Of a DNA stretch of 18,646 nucleotides, positions 15,614-18,646 are shown in pieces. The stretch is from Gemmatimonadota bacterium (GTDB lineage: Bacteria; Gemmatimonadota; Gemmatimonadetes; Longimicrobiales; RSA9): assembly GCA_040905425.1 (NCBI GenBank), contig JBBDRO010000094.1, positions 1 through 18,646 of the forward strand, read 5' to 3'. Positions within the stretch are counted from its first letter, which is position 1; the number at the start of each line of letters is the position of its first letter. Made by a program: the position numbers and the translations under genes. The notes beneath the pieces were generated by a model. That model searched no databases. It had not been told where the DNA came from and was given only the letters and a program-made list of their open reading frames with translations.

Positions 15614-16798
15614 TTAGTGTCGCGGGCGAAGCGGAGAGGTCCAGCGGGGATAGTCGGAAGTGAAAAGCGGAGCGGGCAGCTCGAAGCCGGCGGCCTCCGC
15701 CGCCGCCTGGATGCGTTGGATAACGTTCTCCTGAGTCGTGCCGCCCGAATAGGTGCGGTAATGCCGCTCGGGGGTTGCAACGGCGGCTGCCAACCAGACG
15801 TAATCCCGTGCGAGTGGCTTGAGGTTGGAGTGGTCGGATGGCCGGTAATGATTTCGGGCGGCTCGGAACTGAGGCGCGGGGCGTATCCGGTCCCGTTGTG
15901 GCGTCTCCGGGGGCCGGCTGGCCGCGTGCTTGTCCGCTAACTCGGCTTCGATGTCCTGAGCTTCGGCCAAGCTGTACCCGTCTTCCATAATTCCCGCCAG
16001 GATACGGGCTTCCGCTTCCTCGAATCCCTGGCGGATTAGCAGGGCGCGGGTTTGTTCGGCTGGCGGGCCGGGCTCAGCCGGCCGGGGACGGCTGACAACA
16101 ACCGGCGCGCGGGCGCGTTCGCGGTCCTGACGATGCCACCTTTCCCGCGCTGTGGCTAGCGCCTCCTCAACCCGCCGGCGCGCTTCATCCCTCGAAACCC
16201 CATCGGCTCGGAGCCGCGCTACGGCTGCCGCTTTGGTTTCAGTCAGGGGGTCCCATACCGCCCGCTCCGCTGGCGTGAACGGCGGAGAGTAGGAGAAGCC
16301 GGGCGCGTGCCACTCCAAGTTGTCAGGCGTGGTATCCAAGGCGCCGGCGCCGTCCATTGCGAGCCACGCTTCCAGCGTCCTAACCGCCGCATCCAAAACC
16401 CAGCGGTTACGCTTGCCGTTGCCGGTGGTTAGCCGGTAGCAGGTCCCCCACTCAATCAGACGGTTCCGAAGCTCCGCCTTCGCCTTCGCCCGTCGCAGAC
16501 GCTTGGTAGTCCACGCCTCGCAGGGGAACTTCCGGCTTCGGGTTTCCCACGCCGCGACAAGCTCATGGGCTGCGCCAATGTGGGACCACGACAGCCGGGA
16601 GGAGCCTCGCCGTTCCTCCGCCAGCCCGGCAAGGGTCCGCATGGCGGGGAGGCACCGGGCGTAAAGGTCGGGGAGAATCTTCGGCCGGAGAGCGGCATGG
16701 GGGTTCTCTCGCAAGGCTTCGAGTAGCGCCACGCGGAGAAAGCCCCGGCTATGCGCACCGTCCAACGTGTCGAAGGCGCCACCGGCAGGGAACCCCAT
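15614..16798 (-). CDS. Hypothetical protein (~394 aa) downstream of the integrase
   Basis: Long ORF; ATG 16798 lies 1 nt after the integrase stop; no family recognised. Confidence 0.6.
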   Translation of the reverse strand: MGFPAGGAFDTLDGAHSRGFLRVALLEALRENPHAALRPKILPDLYARCLPAMRTLAGLAEERRGSSRLSWSHIGAAHELVAAWETRSRKFPCEAWTTKRLRRAKAKAELRNRLIEWGTCYRLTTGNGKRNRWVLDAAVRTLEAWLAMDGAGALDTTPDNLEWHAPGFSYSPPFTPAERAVWDPLTETKAAAVARLRADGVSRDEARRRVEEALATARERWHRQDRERARAPVVVSRPRPAEPGPPAEQTRALLIRQGFEEAEARILAGIMEDGYSLAEAQDIEAELADKHAASRPPETPQRDRIRPAPQFRAARNHYRPSDHSNLKPLARDYVWLAAAVATPERHYRTYSGGTTQENVIQRIQAAAEAAGFELPAPLFTSDYPRWTSPLRPRH

Positions 16799-16799
16799 G

Positions 16800-17981
16800 T
16801 TACGCCGATTCCCCGCCGGCTTCCCCCAGTAGCGGCCCGATCCGTTCCCCGTGCTTCTCCAGGGCTTGCCGCGCGGCATCGTCGGCAAGGTGGGCGTATA
16901 TCTGCGTCGTGCTTGCGTTCGAGTGATTCAGCACGCTGCCAATGAGAGGCAGGGAAGCCCCGGACGTGGCGAGCCAGGAGCCCACGGTGCGGCGGAGGTC
17001 GTGCAGCCGAACGTCCTTCATTCCCGCCCGCTCCCGGATTTTGCCCCAGCGCTTCGAGAGGTTACCAACCGGCTGCCCCGGTCGGTTGCCGGGGAAAACG
17101 TGGTCGTTGTGAAGCATCCGGGGCAGGTCCCGCAGAATTGCCACTGCCACCGGGGACAGCGGCACGGTATGCGGCCGGCCAGCCTTCGTCTCCCGCAACC
17201 GGAGCTCGGGGCGTTCGCCATCTAGCTCAAGGTCTGGCCACTTGAGCCCCAACAACTCGGATTTCCGAAGGCCGGTCAGGAGGTACAGCTTGATGGCGGC
17301 TTTGACGTACGGGTTCGGTTCCTCCGCTACGGCCTCCATGAGCCGGGGCAGTTCCTCGGGCCGCACCCAACGGTCCCGCCTTTTCTCCCGAAAGGGCTCC
17401 ACCTTCGCAGCGGGGTTCGCGGTGCCTTCTTCGACGTAGCCCCATTCCTCCGCCTTGTTCAGCATCACCCGCAGCAGGGCAAGCACGCGGTTCGCCTCAT
17501 ACGGGGCGTCCATCCCGATTTCACCGTGGAACCGCGCCACGTCCGCGCGGCGGAGGTCTTCCAGCTTGCGGGTGCCCAGCGCCGGGTTGATGTGCTTCTC
17601 TAGCCGCCGCTCGTCTTCGTCCCACGTCTTCTTCCGCGGTTTTGCATGGCGCTCGATGTAGACGGCGGAGAACTCTTTCAGCGTGGTGCCCCGGCGCGCC
17701 TCCTGGCGTTCTGCCATCGGGTCGGCCCCTCGATTCGCCTCCACGATGATTTCCCGCGCCTCTTCCCTGGCCTGTTGCAGCGTCCAGGGGCCATATGCCC
17801 CGATGGTCTGCATCCGCTTCCGGCCGGTGCCAGTGCGGTACCAGACCACGAAGGCTTTCCGGCCGCTTTCGTAGAGCCGAACGCCGAAGCCTGGGATTTC
17901 GTCGTCGTACTCGATTTGAGTAGCCGGGCCGTTGGGGTCGTGCCGAAGCCGGTCGATCCGTCCCTTCGTGAGCACCGCCAT
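16800..17981 (-). CDS. Tyrosine integrase with N-terminal arm-binding domain (P4-like)
   Basis: Arm domain DDEIPGFGVR...GRKAF...TIGAYG..TLQQARE; catalytic TGLRKSE, TKAG, HDLRR, LNH, TQIYAH intact. Start reassigned to ATG 17981 after AGAGGA. Confidence 0.96.
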   Translation of the reverse strand: MAVLTKGRIDRLRHDPNGPATQIEYDDEIPGFGVRLYESGRKAFVVWYRTGTGRKRMQTIGAYGPWTLQQAREEAREIIVEANRGADPMAERQEARRGTTLKEFSAVYIERHAKPRKKTWDEDERRLEKHINPALGTRKLEDLRRADVARFHGEIGMDAPYEANRVLALLRVMLNKAEEWGYVEEGTANPAAKVEPFREKRRDRWVRPEELPRLMEAVAEEPNPYVKAAIKLYLLTGLRKSELLGLKWPDLELDGERPELRLRETKAGRPHTVPLSPVAVAILRDLPRMLHNDHVFPGNRPGQPVGNLSKRWGKIRERAGMKDVRLHDLRRTVGSWLATSGASLPLIGSVLNHSNASTTQIYAHLADDAARQALEKHGERIGPLLGEAGGESA

Positions 17982-18002
17982 CGGGCACCGTCCTCTAAGG
18001 GA

Positions 18003-18035
18003 GAAAGTTGGCAGGAAGTTGGCAGAAAGTTGGCA
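18003..18035 (+). repeat. Three tandem 11-bp repeats, putative integrase arm-type sites
   Basis: GAAAGTTGGCA GGAAGTTGGCA GAAAGTTGGCA, immediately upstream of the integrase RBS. Confidence 0.85.
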
Positions 18036-18155
18036 ACTGCCAGCGTCAACGGGTGTGCTGTAATGTAAGGCTTGTGCGCCCTGAAAGCTAGTAACGGTGC
18101 GGATTTGTGCGGAGGTGGTGGTATGCTTATGCGGGGGTCGTGCAACTGATTGAAA

Positions 18156-18214
18156 CTGATTCGAAATCAGCCGGGCGCAAGCCCTTGGGGGTTCGAGTCC
18201 CTCCACCTCCGCTA
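18156..18214 (+). repeat. att direct repeat, right copy (displaced 3' part of tRNA-Ser)
   Basis: 59-bp identity to 10369-10427; lacks the tRNA 5' portion. Confidence 0.96.
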
Positions 18215-18233
18215 CCGATCCGAGTAGCCATTC

Positions 18234-18267
18234 AAAACCCTCACGGCCGCCGAGCCGTGAGGGTTTT
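18234..18267. terminator. Bidirectional terminator, probably the original tRNA-Ser terminator
   Basis: AAAACCCTCACGGC-CGCCGA-GCCGTGAGGGTTTT, a perfect 14-bp stem just after the right att. Confidence 0.85.
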
Positions 18268-18646
18268 CTACGTCAGGTGGAGGGCCTCGACCCCCCGCGT
18301 CTTCGCTGCGCGAAGCCGCCTTGGTGGTGGGGCTGCGGCGCACGTAGGGCATGGAGAGAGCGCATGCCGTTCGCGATCACCACCAGGCTCGCGCCCATGT
18401 CGGCCAGGACAGCCATCCAGAGCGTTGCGACGCCGGCCATCGCCAGGACGACGAAGACGGCCTTAGTGAGAACTTCACCGTCTCCGGAAGCCGCAAGAGG
18501 TCGTCGGCCATGAGCGCGATGTCCGCGGTTTCGAGCGCCACATCGGTTCCGGCCGAGCCCATGGCGACGGAAACGTCGGCGGCGGCAAGGGCGGGGCTAT
18601 CGTTGACTCCGTCCCCTACCATGAGAACGAGGGCGCCATGCTCCTG
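18268..18646 (-). pseudogene. 3' end of a heavy-metal P1B-type ATPase (ZntA/CadA-like) with deletion and frameshift; runs off the window
   Basis: [22 protein letters not shown]...DVALETAD in one frame; [36 protein letters not shown] in another; switch near 18467. Confidence 0.8.

Larger units (their letters stand above)
10369..18214. mobile_element. tRNA-Ser(CGA)-integrated element, ~7.8 kb, phage-satellite-like
   Basis: Bounded by 59-bp direct repeats; encodes a tyrosine integrase, AlpA/Xis-like HTH, DUF3987-like and CHC2 zinc-finger proteins; no capsid, terminase, relaxase or T4SS gene recognised. Confidence 0.93.

Noticed and set aside
17982..18206. 75-aa N-terminal extension of the integrase in the ORF track
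   Set aside because: It runs through the arm repeats and the att/tRNA fragment; ATG 17981 has an SD and begins the arm-binding domain.
18156..18214. Second tRNA-Ser gene
   Set aside because: Lacks the acceptor 5' strand and D arm; it is the att duplication.

Overview
High-GC bacterial chromosomal window; the taxon cannot be determined from this sequence alone. Left to right: leuS; a minus-strand operon (winged-helix regulator, cis-prenyltransferase uppS-like, DUF4173-type membrane protein) carrying two copies of a palindromic operator; a CsbD-family gene; a co-oriented array of 19 tRNA genes without encoded CCA plus a tRNA 5' fragment (6070-8321); a ~170-nt minus-strand intergenic segment with 12 GGA motifs that resembles a CsrA/RsmA-sequestering small RNA; a GH6 glycoside hydrolase; an orphan hydrogenase-maturation-protease-like gene; and tRNA-Ser(CGA). 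A ~7.8-kb satellite-like element is integrated in that tRNA, bounded by 59-bp att repeats, with a tyrosine integrase, 2+3 arm-type repeats, AlpA/Xis-like, DUF3987-like and CHC2 zinc-finger genes, and envelope-type cargo. The window ends in the frameshifted 3' end of a heavy-metal P1B ATPase. All family assignments come from motif recognition by eye; no searches were run.
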